Assembly (NCBI GenBank): GCA_008690995.1
Contig: VRMN01000002.1
Coordinates: 1,674,001-1,738,000 of the forward strand
Reading direction: 5' to 3'
DNA length: 64,000 nucleotides
Origin: Porphyridium purpureum
Lineage: Eukaryota
Below, one piece after another: positions 30,301 to 40,967 of the stretch. Position 1 is the first letter of the stretch. Every line of letters starts with the position of its first letter. Under the pieces are notes generated by a model that saw only the letters and a program-made list of their open reading frames with translations, searched no databases and had not been told where the DNA came from. The position numbers were made by a program, and so were the translations under genes.

Positions 30301-30361
30301 GGCAGCTCAAGCCGCACTCGCGTCCTACTTTCTGGCTGCCGGCAAGACGCTGGGCAAGTGA
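27332..30361 (+). CDS. CSE1: Exportin-2 / importin-alpha re-exporter
   Basis: IBN_N start (RRQAE..RQAAAVYFKN), QDIP..EDH, FEDNPMEYIRRDMEG, WKSKDAAIY, ENEYIMRC, NPRFNHYLF; 1009 aa, no intron. Confidence 0.95.
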   Translation: MGSQEMVVQVGSWIEASLSPDATTRRQAEHMLQASEGAAGFAVVLLQLMANESAALHVRQAAAVYFKNLAKRKWEDLPEQDRTGVKEVLIRVMLSSPLAVRRQLSEVMAIIAEFEYPEKWPQLMPELSAKLKDACEKGDWQTLQGVAETLDAVFERYRFRFRSDDLFREILYSLEHIAIPLTAAFGLTSAALFAGKFADLKQGELMMDTAQSLVSTYHSLLWQDIPAVLEDHLKEWMEPFLRFMSLEVPNLEGSPDELEPSCLDKVHAAILDVCSLFQTKYEEEFRPYLSGLIAAAWTLLVKRGNAPKFDSVATRGILFLTIVSKSADYAMFKDPGTLQQICEKIVIPNIELRAEDEEQFEDNPMEYIRRDMEGADAESRRSSAVELVKGLTVHFESQVTETFSAYVTAMLASYQQDPAGNWKSKDAAIYIVTALGWKSGTKSGGATQTSQLVNVLDFFKTHVASELSRAAANPPNIQTPILVADAIKFATLFRNQINKELYGELIGLCISLASSSLVVIHTYAAICIERLLSVKDTVQVGVGSGAPIGAPSATTASLQQAPYSVVKAQRFGKTDLERQLPTLLATLFALLGPGRPENEYIMRCVLRIIVVSQDLLGAHVGLLIQVLRTSLEQACTNPANPRFNHYLFDAIASLIRQLASRRAEYLQAFEAGFFGIFQNILANDVVEFIPYVLQILAQLLDVRSSSANAVDTLPAAYGALLPPLLSPALWDRSSFIPGMVQFIQAFVRKAPDTVMANNQLPAVLGIFQKLVASKTNDQHGIGLLSTCVEVYPLDTFKVYLPDVIKILVIRLQTAKTSRFVLKFLALLGLILMRYGVAALVACFDALQQHLFATLLQQVWLKDVPTVAFPIDRKLCSLGGAVLISSDVFTAPPYNALVGPLLNTTIALLEGIQMDALDQGSDDETDIMAAGAPGGGDHADNNIMFAQLAHAAKARHHDPFPDVSPRAVLVEHVSLLMTRDPDVLGKVGVEPAAQAALASYFLAAGKTLGK

Positions 30362-33020
30362 CATGATGAGGGCATGGCCGCGAGCATCTGTACTGCAGAG
30401 ACCATGTAAATGTGATTCTTACTTGACTGGCGCAAGTCAGTGTATTCATGGAAGGAGACCAGGATACCTGGCGCCTGCCGCGTGTTCCGTGTGCCTGCCG
30501 TCTGCGGAAACTCCCAGAACCAACAGAAATAAAACGAGCCAGGTGGGAGGCTGAGGGCAATAGTCTGCACTTGGCGACCCGAAGAACGAGCGTTTGCAGG
30601 TGATGGTATTGGAGCAACGTGAAGCAAAGCGATAAAAGAGGCTGAGCAATGAAACGTTTCAATCTCTTGAAGACCAAGATGGTGAGCAACAAGGCAAGCG
30701 CTTTTGAAGACAAGTTGGTGTCTGTGCTGCAGGCTTTCAACAAGGATGGGATACCTAAAGACAAGCATGGCTTGGATTCGGACGGGGATAGCCTTGACGT
30801 CGACTTGTGAAACCATCGGGGCTCTCTTAGGAGACAGTCGCGCGCGATTTTTGCGGCAGCCGTCGGAGCATACAAATGGATGGTTTTTCGATCGGCAGCT
30901 GTCTCGCTGGTACGGTAATATGAGAAAATTTGTCGGAGTGGGCAAGGAATAGATTCGGTCGCGCTGTATTCATACCCGCAGACTCGTTCGCATCATTCCT
31001 TTCTTCGCGCAATCGGCATAAGAGCTGGTTCGTGTGGGCTTGCACTCAGTACGCTGAAGCTTCCCTTGATCGCTAGGACACGAACGTGCCCTTTGAGTCG
31101 GCGTGCTGAAGCTTGCATTGGCACATAGAACAATGCATGGCATCAGCTTACCATGACACCAGAACATGGTTGCTTGTTTTGATTGAGCGTGCTGAAGCTT
31201 ACATTCACATGCAAATACCGTTGTTTCGCGTTACTTTGACGCGTGAGCGCTCTGATAGAATCCTTCGGATCCTTCCCGTGTTCGTGTTGGTGGTTTACAT
31301 GAGAGCAGCTGCTTGTGTGCTCCGATTCAGCATGCAAGAGTTGCGCACGCCTTGATGTGGCCATTACGGTTGGTATCGGCGACATCAGAAGCAAGTGCGG
31401 GGTGTCTTTCCGGTTGTCCCTGTTGTAGTCTTTTGTTGGCTGGTGCTACCTGCCAAGTGTTTGCAGTGTGTTGCGGTTGTAGTGCCATGTCGCGGAGAGC
31501 AGTTCTCTGAGACGGGATGAATTTGACTTTATCCTCTTCTTTGTTCTCAAGTGCCCTGATTAGCGTTGAAATCATTGAAAGATGGTCCGCTGAGCGAAAA
31601 TCACTCTTCCTTTTTTTCCCGTACCATCGAGTCAAACTCGCGCGACTCGCTGACATTTTCAGCCACTAGCAGTGCGTTAATATGCCACGCTCTTGCCCGA
31701 GAGACCGTCGCTTCTTTCTTTTTTCCTTGCGCTCATTGAACGAACTCGACTAAATCTAGCACCCGCGTATTGGTGATTCGCGTCCTCACTTGTTCTACAA
31801 ACATTACGATTGTTGGACATCCCCAGACAGAGCACGACAAGGATTCTCAGTTGTCCCTCAGGCCGTCTTCATTTATTCGAAGTCTGTTGAAATCTTCGCA
31901 TCTTCGCATCTTCGCGTTGCATCTTTTTTCCCGGGTGCTAACTATATCACTAGTCGAGGTATCTCGCGAATCTCTTGTGGCCTGCTCAGATGAGAGCTCA
32001 CTGTTCCGTCGAGTCTGAACCCGCTGCTTCATGACCTTCAAGTTTGTAGCGCGCACATACTTTCACGCAGGTATACCGCCACATGCAGAGCTTGTCCTGA
32101 TGAGAAGAGATTTCAAACTCGCGCTTTCGAATCGACTTAAAGGCTGGGATTGTTTTGGCCGGACCTGCTGTGCTATCTCAGTGCCCACTGCCATGACAAT
32201 TTTGGACGGGTGAGCTCTGAGTCAAATTCGCGGACCGCGAAAGACCATTCATCTGCTTCGGCACACTGCTTTGAGCTTGCAATATGCGGCGCTGTCAGTG
32301 AATCTTGCAGATTGGCGGCGACTGCGCCAGGTACCGCTTGTTGAATAGTTTGAGGAATTTGCGTTGCATTCGCCCGCTGTAACTCTAATAAAGCGTTCCC
32401 CAAAACTTGGTTTGCTCGGTAAGCGTGGACCACCGAGATATTGTCGATTCCTAGAATGAGACACTTCTTGCTGTCATTGGTATTTGCTTGGAGCCGTGCC
32501 ATATACACGAAAAATTGTTCGTGAGCGTTTGGATTCCGCTTGCTCGCTCCAACCTGCAATCAGCTGAGGTTCGTTCCCCTCCATGACCTGGAAAGAACAG
32601 CTGCAATATTTTCTTCTTCTGAAACCAGGGCATACGACGCCAAGGATGGCGGGTGTGCGAGTGTCAATGGAGCCAGTGCGCGTGAGACACCAGTGAAGCC
32701 AGTGTGCTGAGCAACAGCGCTCGAACGTTTCCGCACACCGCGCGCTGAACACCCGCTGAACCGGTCACCGAAGTACAGCGTGACTCCACGCACCCGGTTC
32801 GTAGTGTACAGCGACAAAGCGCTCAAACCGGTCGAACCGTTTTCGGGAACGGTCCGTGTGCGGTGAAATTTCTGGCCGAGTGCGGGAGAATTGGAAGACG
32901 GAAGCAGACGGACGCGAAGCAGGCGCCAAGTGGATACGGTCACTGCGCGTGAGGGTGCAATGTGGGTGTGCGAACGTTGGTTGTGGCTGGTTTGAGAGCT
33001 TTCCAGACCGCACTGGATGG

Positions 33021-34397
33021 ATGAAGCTGCTACATGTGTTGAGGTTGTATGTGGTGGCTGGAGAGGCGTCTGGAGACCGGCTGGCGGCCCGCGCAGTGAC
33101 GTCGCTGGCCGCGCTGGCCCGGGAGCACGGCGTGCGCGTCGAGGTGCACGGGGTGGGAGGGCCGGCGATGCGCGTTTCGGCGGCCGCCGCTGACGTCATC
33201 GCCTCGGGCACAGAGGGAGCAAGCGAGGCTGGCGCTGCGCGATCCTCGTTTCGATCTCTCCTGGACCTCTCCCGCCTCTCAGTCATGGGCATAGGGCACG
33301 TCCTGCTCGCCGCTCCACGATTATGGTACATGCAGCGTCAAGTGGTCAAGGATATTGAGCGCATCCGGCCACACGTCGTCTTGTTTGTTGATTTTAAAGC
33401 ATTTAACAAACGTGTCGCCAAACGTGTTCAGCACATGCGCCGCTTCAAAGAAGGTAGCCCCAGAACAGCATTGCTCCAATACGTCGCGCCGTCCATATGG
33501 GCATGGCGCTCGAGCCGTGCCGGCTCGCTGCGCTATGCCTCGCTTTTTGATGAGATTATGCTTTTGTTTCCGTTTGAGCGTCGTGCGTGGAACGCATTTG
33601 GCATTGCGCACGCATTCCTAGTTGGATCGCCCGCCGTTGAGGTCATGCTTGACGCCCGACTCTGGACGGCTTTAAAGCGTGTCTCTCAAATACGGCAAAA
33701 TCAGAGAGAGCAAACAGGCAGCCACATTGTTCTCATGCCTGGAAGCCGTCCGGATGAGTTGCACCATTGCATGCCTGTTCTCACAGCAGCGCTGAAAAGA
33801 ATCGCAGCGAGCTGCACTGGATATACACGCGTGGCATCTGTCACTTGCATTGTGGCCGAAAGCGTTGCGGAGCTTTTTTCCACCACGCACCTCAGCCGTT
33901 TAGTCGATTCTCTCACTGGAAGCTCTGTCACCGTGAACGTACACGTGAACACGCAGGCTCCCGAATCGTCAAGGCGAATTCCTGAAAACCTCAAGATCCT
34001 CGCATCAAGCGATCTCGCCATTGTGACGAGCGGCACAGCGGTTCTGGAGGCCGCCTTGGGAAGCACTCCGACTGTTTGTGTGTATCTGACTGACTGGCTT
34101 ACCAGTCTTATCGCCAAGCGCCGGGCGCAAGTGACGTGCGCATCCATACCAAACTTGATTCTGAATCGTACGGCCATCCCAGAACTCTTATTCGAGCAAT
34201 GCACAGAGGACCGAGTGGCGCAAAGCGCATGTGACTTGTTGAGAGATGAAGCTTCACGAAAGAAGCAGTTGCATGACGTGGCAATTGCTTTGCGCTGGCT
34301 GAGGCGCGAGCACTGCAGGCATTATGGAGGCGAAGTACCGTCGGCGCTCGTCGCGCAACGTATTCTTTATCACTACAACAAGGTCGAGAGAAGATGA
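33021..34397 (+). CDS. lpxB: Lipid-A-disaccharide synthase (GT19)
   Basis: VAGEASGD, LSVMGI, QYVAPSIWAWR, LFPFE, LMPGSRPDE, SGTAVLEAAL, PNLILNR..PELL; frame open upstream to 32856 without an ATG. Confidence 0.92.
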   Translation: MKLLHVLRLYVVAGEASGDRLAARAVTSLAALAREHGVRVEVHGVGGPAMRVSAAAADVIASGTEGASEAGAARSSFRSLLDLSRLSVMGIGHVLLAAPRLWYMQRQVVKDIERIRPHVVLFVDFKAFNKRVAKRVQHMRRFKEGSPRTALLQYVAPSIWAWRSSRAGSLRYASLFDEIMLLFPFERRAWNAFGIAHAFLVGSPAVEVMLDARLWTALKRVSQIRQNQREQTGSHIVLMPGSRPDELHHCMPVLTAALKRIAASCTGYTRVASVTCIVAESVAELFSTTHLSRLVDSLTGSSVTVNVHVNTQAPESSRRIPENLKILASSDLAIVTSGTAVLEAALGSTPTVCVYLTDWLTSLIAKRRAQVTCASIPNLILNRTAIPELLFEQCTEDRVAQSACDLLRDEASRKKQLHDVAIALRWLRREHCRHYGGEVPSALVAQRILYHYNKVERR

Positions 34398-34436
34398 TAC
34401 TTTGACGTCGCTCCTGCCCCGTAGGACTGGATCGCA

Positions 34437-35612
34437 TCAATCACCCTCCAAGATGTACATATCTGAAAGTGCCAGCTTAATCTCTTCCATTCCGCTTCGT
34501 TCTTCGGCAATCAGCTTTGCGTACCTGCTGTTCTCCAGCTCAAGCATCTTCTGTTCACGAAGGCGGAGAGCGAGCATGTTGTTTTCGGATTCGTCCGTGC
34601 TCAAACGATCATTCTTGAGATCTCGAATCTGTGTCGACAGCACTTGCAGCTTTTTAGACACTAGCAATTGCGCTCGCTCCAATGACTTGGTTCTTTGCTG
34701 CGACATTTGCGAAAGAAATAACATGAGCTTTCCCTCTTGTAAGAGCACGTCATTCTCACTTTGATCGCCATCTTCAACGAGATCACGCAGTAATTTTCTT
34801 TCGTCATAAAGCTCATCCATCTCAACCGCAAACTCTTCCCCACTGCTTTCTGATTCGTAGGGGTGGTCCACGACTACAAATTCTTTCGGTCCTGAACTCT
34901 CGTCAAGCATCCAAATTTCCTCCTCCTCCTCCTCATCTTCACTCAAGGCCGCATCAGATTCCGCACCTGGATCGTCGTCCCCGAAGCTCTGCACCCAAAC
35001 CTTCTCAGCTTGGTCTTCATCCTCAAGCCCGGCCATTCCCCAGTCCCAATCAATACCATTACCTGTCCCCTTGGGCTGGCTTTGAGAAAACATGGTGCTA
35101 GCGTCATCCAACTCGCCAAACGACACGACCCCTTTCTCCGCGTCGAAGATCTCGAACGAGCCCATACTGGGGTCATAAAAAAAGTCAGTCTTCATCGAGT
35201 CTGAGGACTTTTCACTTTGGCCATCAATACGAGCGTCCTCATCTTCCAAAAGTCCCGCATCTTCCTGCAGCAGCGAGTACGCATCTTCCTGCTCATCGTC
35301 TTCGTCGTCGCTCAGCTCGGCGTCCTCCAAGTCTGAATCAGAATCAGGCTCTATCACTCTCTCATTCTCCAGCACATCCCACAACGGGACATCCTCGCCC
35401 TTGCTGCCTTTCCTCCTCGCGGAAACGACAACTGCACAAGCACTGCCCGTTTGCGTCCTGCACGGTGACGATCTGTGAGCCATCCACCGCTTCGCTAGCG
35501 TGCATGTCGCGCTTCCGGGCCTTTGGCATCGTGAGGTCACCAATATCGGTGTCATGCCCCACGCCACGCACGACGGCGCCGCTGCATTAGTCTTCCGCAT
35601 GCTTATTCCCAT
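34437..35612 (-). CDS. Hypothetical, probably plastid-targeted acidic protein with C-terminal coiled coil
   Basis: 391-aa ORF; Arg/Ser/Cys-rich N-terminus, very acidic middle, heptad C-terminus. Confidence 0.7.
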   Translation of the reverse strand: MGISMRKTNAAAPSCVAWGMTPILVTSRCQRPGSATCTLAKRWMAHRSSPCRTQTGSACAVVVSARRKGSKGEDVPLWDVLENERVIEPDSDSDLEDAELSDDEDDEQEDAYSLLQEDAGLLEDEDARIDGQSEKSSDSMKTDFFYDPSMGSFEIFDAEKGVVSFGELDDASTMFSQSQPKGTGNGIDWDWGMAGLEDEDQAEKVWVQSFGDDDPGAESDAALSEDEEEEEEIWMLDESSGPKEFVVVDHPYESESSGEEFAVEMDELYDERKLLRDLVEDGDQSENDVLLQEGKLMLFLSQMSQQRTKSLERAQLLVSKKLQVLSTQIRDLKNDRLSTDESENNMLALRLREQKMLELENSRYAKLIAEERSGMEEIKLALSDMYILEGD

Positions 35613-35736
35613 CTGGACTACATCCGCACCACGTGCGCACGGGGCGAGAATCGGCGAACGCCCAGTTCCGGGTCTGGAACCGCAGACCAGAGTAGACAGA
35701 GGTTACCTTACCACTTCGTCTTTACTACCATGACAC

Positions 35737-37767
35737 CTAACCAAAGAAACCAAAATTCCCACCACCTTGAGGAACGTCATCGTACGCGCCTGGATCCTCG
35801 ACTTCAGCGTCCTTTTCGGGCAGGACGGAGCCTTTGGGAACAGGCAATTGACAGCTCGTCAGAAATTCTGAGACATAGATTGCAAGCCTTGTCCTAGGCC
35901 CAGCTGGCGCACTGTCAGGAACGGCCGGCAAGTAGCTTTTGTGGACCAGCCGCATGAGCTTTTCAAACTGCCTGCCGTACTCGCGAAACAGACGGTAGCC
36001 ACATATCTCCAAAAAGGAGATGAGCACAAGACAAGATACATTTCGCGGCTTCATGTTGACTGTTCGCGCGAGCCACATCCAGCCATGCTCAATGCCGTAT
36101 GGGTTGGGTCCAATGCCCAGACTCTCGGCGTTCTGTGTTTGTACGAGTGCGGCGTACAACGTGACATAGCCGCCCATTCTTTCGTGGTAAGATTCAACTT
36201 TCTCGCCTGGTTTCATGCCAAGGGTGCTCTGGTAGTAGTCCTCTTGCGATTGGTCTGGCGAGCGGCGCACATACATGGGAACGGTATAAATACACTCGCG
36301 GTGAAAGTGTGCAATAAGTAAGTCTTTGATGTCAGGATAGACAGCCATGAGCGCGGCAAGGACGGCTGCCACTGGGAAGGCTGAATCTGAGTGCAAGGTG
36401 ATTTGGCCAGCCGCTTCCTTCATCACACGTGCCGCAATCGTGTTTTCAGCGAATGCGAGTGCCTCAGCGCTTAGCGCCTTGGCTTTCGTCAGCGTCGTGT
36501 GCAGGGCGCCCATTTTCAAATTGATCTGCTTGATAGAAGCTGCGATCTGATTGATAGCCAGATTCACTTCTTTCTTGATCTGCAGCCGATTTCGTGACTG
36601 GCTTGTGTCTGTTTCGAATCTGCGCGCCCGCGCTTCCGCACCTTGCAACCAGCGCTCCAACCGACCACCCTCGTCCATCGCAGCCTTCGATCCCAGCTCG
36701 TATCGATCAATCCGATCTTGTTCTGCCTGCCTCCCAGCTCTTTTCACGGCAGCTTCCTTCACCGCTAAGTCTCGGTTTATCTTTTGCTGTGCGCGCTTCT
36801 TCTCCTCGAGCTGGTGTTGGCGTTGCTTTTCACGCAAGCTGACGGCTTCAACCTCAGCCTGCTTCACGCGCTCTTCTTCCCGTATCTGCTCTTCGCGCTT
36901 GATGCGCTCTATTTCGGCCTTCTTTTCTTGCTCCTGAATGTTCCGAAGCCAATCCTGCCCTTGAGCACGAGCGCGCGCGTGGCGCTCGCGCATCGCATTC
37001 AGCCTGTCTGTTCTGCTCAAGTGGCCGGAGTTTGAAACAAGCAAAGCATCTCGCCCGTGCACGCTGCCAGGCAATGTGTCGAAACGTCGTACGTCCAAAC
37101 TGGCGACAGCCGCGTTTGCATCGAGCGCAACTGGGGCCGCCTTGTTTTTCTTGAGTCGGTCGAGCAGCTCTCCCTGAAACTGTGCGTGCGCTTGCTGAAT
37201 GCGAGCGACTGTTTCATAGTCAACTTCTGCATTCACACGCATACGGAGCAAATCCATGGTTGACGCGACTAATTGAGCGTCCACAGACACTGGAAAGCGG
37301 GCAGACTCGACTGTCGCAGCATCGCCGCCGCGCCCAGTAGCATCTCTTGAAGATAATGCCTTCAGGGAGCGTTTTTCATGAGGCACCTTTTCCGCAGGTT
37401 TAGTCATGCTGTCACCAGGGCCATTCTTTTCGAGCTCGTCGTCATCATCACTCGTATCAAAATCCGGCGCCAGCAAGCGTCTCACGCGCTTCGCTTTCTC
37501 TTTGCCATCCAAATCTGATCCTGCCACATCGCACGTCAAGAACGTTGCAGCAGGACCACCCTCGAACGCGCCACGATTCTTTGACTCTGAACTTGCCCGC
37601 GTGCCTAAGTCAGCATGTCCGCGATATCCCGGCTCTGTTTTACTGGTGCTGCGAGGCGCTTCCGAACGCTTGATTGCCGTCGACGCGCGCAGCTGGTCCA
37701 GCGCCGCGCGCCTCGCCGATCGCACGACGTCCAGCGCGCTGCTGGTGTTATCCCACGCCGCGCTCAT
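35737..37767 (-). CDS. GLE1: mRNA export factor / nucleoporin GLE1
   Basis: Coiled coil followed by GLE1 domain: AFPVAAV, HRECIYTVP, YHERMGG..LYAA, GWMWLAR, YGRQFEKL. Confidence 0.92.
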   Translation of the reverse strand: MSAAWDNTSSALDVVRSARRAALDQLRASTAIKRSEAPRSTSKTEPGYRGHADLGTRASSESKNRGAFEGGPAATFLTCDVAGSDLDGKEKAKRVRRLLAPDFDTSDDDDELEKNGPGDSMTKPAEKVPHEKRSLKALSSRDATGRGGDAATVESARFPVSVDAQLVASTMDLLRMRVNAEVDYETVARIQQAHAQFQGELLDRLKKNKAAPVALDANAAVASLDVRRFDTLPGSVHGRDALLVSNSGHLSRTDRLNAMRERHARARAQGQDWLRNIQEQEKKAEIERIKREEQIREEERVKQAEVEAVSLREKQRQHQLEEKKRAQQKINRDLAVKEAAVKRAGRQAEQDRIDRYELGSKAAMDEGGRLERWLQGAEARARRFETDTSQSRNRLQIKKEVNLAINQIAASIKQINLKMGALHTTLTKAKALSAEALAFAENTIAARVMKEAAGQITLHSDSAFPVAAVLAALMAVYPDIKDLLIAHFHRECIYTVPMYVRRSPDQSQEDYYQSTLGMKPGEKVESYHERMGGYVTLYAALVQTQNAESLGIGPNPYGIEHGWMWLARTVNMKPRNVSCLVLISFLEICGYRLFREYGRQFEKLMRLVHKSYLPAVPDSAPAGPRTRLAIYVSEFLTSCQLPVPKGSVLPEKDAEVEDPGAYDDVPQGGGNFGFFG

Positions 37768-37920
37768 AGGTACATTGCCACCTAGACCATCGATCGTGTA
37801 GCCTCCAAACGTTGGTTCGCCTTCTTGATTGACCTCTCGATGCTACACGCTAGGTGGACAGTAAGCGCGACATCGATTGGGATCGACTCAGGAACGAGAG
37901 TTGGTAGCTTGGGGCTGAGA

Positions 37921-39621
37921 ATGCAGGCAAATACACAAGCCGAAGACAGCGTGGCGGTTGCTCCGAAGGACGCTAAGAATGGAGTGCCTGCTGGAGGACC
38001 CGGTGCGGGCCGACCGCGCGCCCCAAACCCGCGGGTTGTGAACCCGCCGCCTTCGAACGCGGGGTTCGAAGTGGTGTTGGATGGTGCCCTGGCGATGCTG
38101 GTGTGTTTGGTGACGATCGCCATGCGTGCGGTTTGGTTGCAGTATCCGATGATCTTGGGTGCGGAGAAGGCCGTGATCGACCAGGCCGCAGCATTGTCTG
38201 ATCATGTGTTTGATTTCAATGTGCATCCGCCGCTTGCGCGGGTTCTGCAAGCGGGCATGATTCGCTACATGCACTTTGTGGCAGAGCTAGCGCAAGTGCC
38301 TTCCTTTGATTTGCAGGAAGCCAACGTGATCGCACTGCGGGCGGTAAATCTCGGTCTCGGCGGGTTTGCAGCGGCGGCATTGTTCCTCCTTGCGCGGTTG
38401 CTCGGCATCTCGCGCGTTTGCTCGCTGCTAGCGGCGTCCTTTGCGGTTTTGGACCCTATGCATGCTATCCTGTCGCGCACCGCTCTCACTCGAGAAATGC
38501 TAGGCACGGTACTGGTCCAGTGCTCCTTCCTGCTGCTCCTTTGGTTTCTTCGAGGCGTGCGCCGCGACCATCTTGATGACCGTTCGAACAAACGCGTGTC
38601 CAAGGCGGGACGTATTATTCGGCGCTTGTTTTTGATTGCATGTCTCGCAGCAGTGTGCGCCCAGGCGCTTCTAACGACCTGGTCCGGCGGCAGTGGGATT
38701 TTCTTGTTTGTTGTGATCGGCTTTTTCGGCATTTGGCCTTTTGTGTACCGGCCGCTTCCCATGTACGAGATCGCATTTGGCAAGCTGGTTTTTGCGACCA
38801 TGTACGTTATCACGTACGCCCTTTTTATGAGCAATACGCGATGTGTTCCAGAGGAAGCGGTAGACACAATCAGACGCCAGTTTTCTCTCCAGTTTCGCAG
38901 TGGGCTCGTGGACTGTAGCGCCGCGGACGACGAAGCCATTGCACAGAAATTTGGAAGTGTTCTGGACGTGCACTTTCCCTTGAATCTTGATGCGCTTGAG
39001 TGGGTTACTCGAGGTTCTTACGAGTATCACGACTTTTTGGCCAGAAACGTGTCCCAGCGCACGGCGCTGAGCGGACCACGGGATGTTGTGTGGTACTCCT
39101 GGATTTTGAATTTGAACAATGCGTCAATTCACACTGAAAGTGTACTATCATCGAAAGGCGACGTCGAGTCCCGCGTGCACGGGGTGTTCAACCCGGTCAT
39201 GAGCGCCAGCGTTGGGTTTCTGGGCTTTGTGTTTGTGTTCACGGCCGTCATTGTTGGGCGGCTGCGCAAGTCAGTTGATGCGCGCATTCTTGCGCCATTG
39301 GTGCCTCGTCTCTCTATTGGCGCTGTGCTGTGCCTTGGCTGGCTAGCCAGCATGCTCCCGTTCTTCACTGTGTTCAAGGGTGGGCCCGCATTTGAATATT
39401 TTCCCGCGCTGTTCTTTGCGCAGCTGCTCACCGCTCTCACGGTGGACCTGATGGGCCGTCCCATCCACGTGGTCGTCAGTATCATGCTCATGTGGATGCA
39501 GGTGCTTTGCTACGGCGCGTACGCTCCGTGGATTTATGCGCTTCCTTTGCGGCGCGGCCTGCATCAGATGCTTGCCATAGTACCGAACTGGTGGTCTTAC
39601 ATCGATAACAGCGGCGCCTAA
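37921..39621 (+). CDS. Dolichyl-phosphate-mannose:protein O-mannosyltransferase (GT39/PMT)-like membrane protein; no MIR domain, degenerate catalytic motif
   Basis: VHPPLAR, multiple TMs, WYSW, NPV, YFPALFF, Y.PWIY.LPL (PMT C-terminal features). Confidence 0.8.
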   Translation: MQANTQAEDSVAVAPKDAKNGVPAGGPGAGRPRAPNPRVVNPPPSNAGFEVVLDGALAMLVCLVTIAMRAVWLQYPMILGAEKAVIDQAAALSDHVFDFNVHPPLARVLQAGMIRYMHFVAELAQVPSFDLQEANVIALRAVNLGLGGFAAAALFLLARLLGISRVCSLLAASFAVLDPMHAILSRTALTREMLGTVLVQCSFLLLLWFLRGVRRDHLDDRSNKRVSKAGRIIRRLFLIACLAAVCAQALLTTWSGGSGIFLFVVIGFFGIWPFVYRPLPMYEIAFGKLVFATMYVITYALFMSNTRCVPEEAVDTIRRQFSLQFRSGLVDCSAADDEAIAQKFGSVLDVHFPLNLDALEWVTRGSYEYHDFLARNVSQRTALSGPRDVVWYSWILNLNNASIHTESVLSSKGDVESRVHGVFNPVMSASVGFLGFVFVFTAVIVGRLRKSVDARILAPLVPRLSIGAVLCLGWLASMLPFFTVFKGGPAFEYFPALFFAQLLTALTVDLMGRPIHVVVSIMLMWMQVLCYGAYAPWIYALPLRRGLHQMLAIVPNWWSYIDNSGA

Positions 39622-40595
39622 TCAATGACATATTGCTGATGAGACACGGCACGCCACCCGTACTGTGGCGCAGGGTATGATAACAGATAGTATGACCAGA
39701 AAATATTTGGAAAACACGCCCCCGACTTTCTAGCGTGAGCCATGAGGAACATCGTCTCACACTCCTGCGTTTTCTCGGCCTTGTGCAAATCTTTTATGCA
39801 GCTGCGCGGTGTGCGCTGGTTCACTTTAGTATTTACGTATAGAGACCTTTGATCTACGGCCATGCAAGGCGTCATATTAGAGGAAGTCTCGGATACTCAG
39901 CGCAGCATTGACATCGCGGGTCGGAGCTTTGCGCTTGCACGTCGGTGATTTGCAGCGTCGCACGCTCAGAATCGCCGAGCAACGGTCTGCCAAGGACCGA
40001 CAATAGAAGCAGGCGCGCAAGACAGAAAACCATCGTCTCCAACTCGCGAAGACACAGACCGACGCAAAAGCCAGAAGCCACGCAAGTCCGCCGGCGCACA
40101 CCTTCCCGCTGACTGCAAGCCTCAGAAGAGCATGCCCAATATCACATCAGCCACGCCATGCGCGCGCGAACGGCCGCGCATGGCGCTCACCGTCGCCGCA
40201 GTGCGACATGCGACCTGTCGCTCCCAAGCCCCTTGTTCCCTCCCCCGCCTGTAGAACAATCACCCGTAGATGTACAGTTACACGGAACACCCACCTTTGG
40301 GGATGACGGGTGTACGGTGTCACTGAACCGCCGCGCCGCGCCGGTTTCCAATCACGTGCGTAAACTGGCACGCAGCCCAACTGCGGGCGCGCCATGTTGT
40401 GAGCGCGCGCGGCTGCGTTGGTACCAAGCGCGAGTGTGTGAGCGTGAGAGAGAGAGAGTGGATGCTGTTTATTTTGCGTCCTTTTTGGTACCACGCGCGC
40501 GAGGCACGCCATGTGCACGAAAAAGCGCGGGAAGCGGCGCGCGTGAGGGCGGGCTGTGTCGAGTGTGTTTATCGTGTCGAGCTCGCGCTGGCGTT

Positions 40596-40620
40596 GTGTG
40601 GGTGTGTGTGTGTGTGTGTA
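40596..40620. repeat. (GT)n microsatellite upstream of the E2F/DEL gene
   Basis: Directly visible. Confidence 0.85.
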
Positions 40621-40967
40621 TGTGGGTGGGTGGGTATGTGCGCACGACGACGACCACAGCGACAACGACGACAATAACGAGGAAGCTGGAAAAGGCAGAA
40701 GGGGAAGCGAGAAAGAGAAGCGACAAAGGCTCGAAGGAACGTCGCGTCGAGGGGCGACCAACTTTCGGGCGCCTCGCATTGCACCCTAAACAATACAGGC
40801 AGGCACAAACCGACACCGACACGCACGCGCGTTGGGAAACGGGACAGAAATACAGCACCGGTTGCACTTGATACATCGCCTCTGGAAGAGTTGGCATCGG
40901 CGCGTGCGACTGGCCGTATGGGCGTAGTAGCCGGTTCGGTGTCTTGCACTGGTACAGCGGTTTCGCG

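Noticed and set aside
39870..40950. Several 75-240 aa overlapping ORFs upstream of the E2F/DEL gene
   Set aside because: They derive from GT/GA microsatellites and GC-rich promoter or UTR sequence; no recognisable domain
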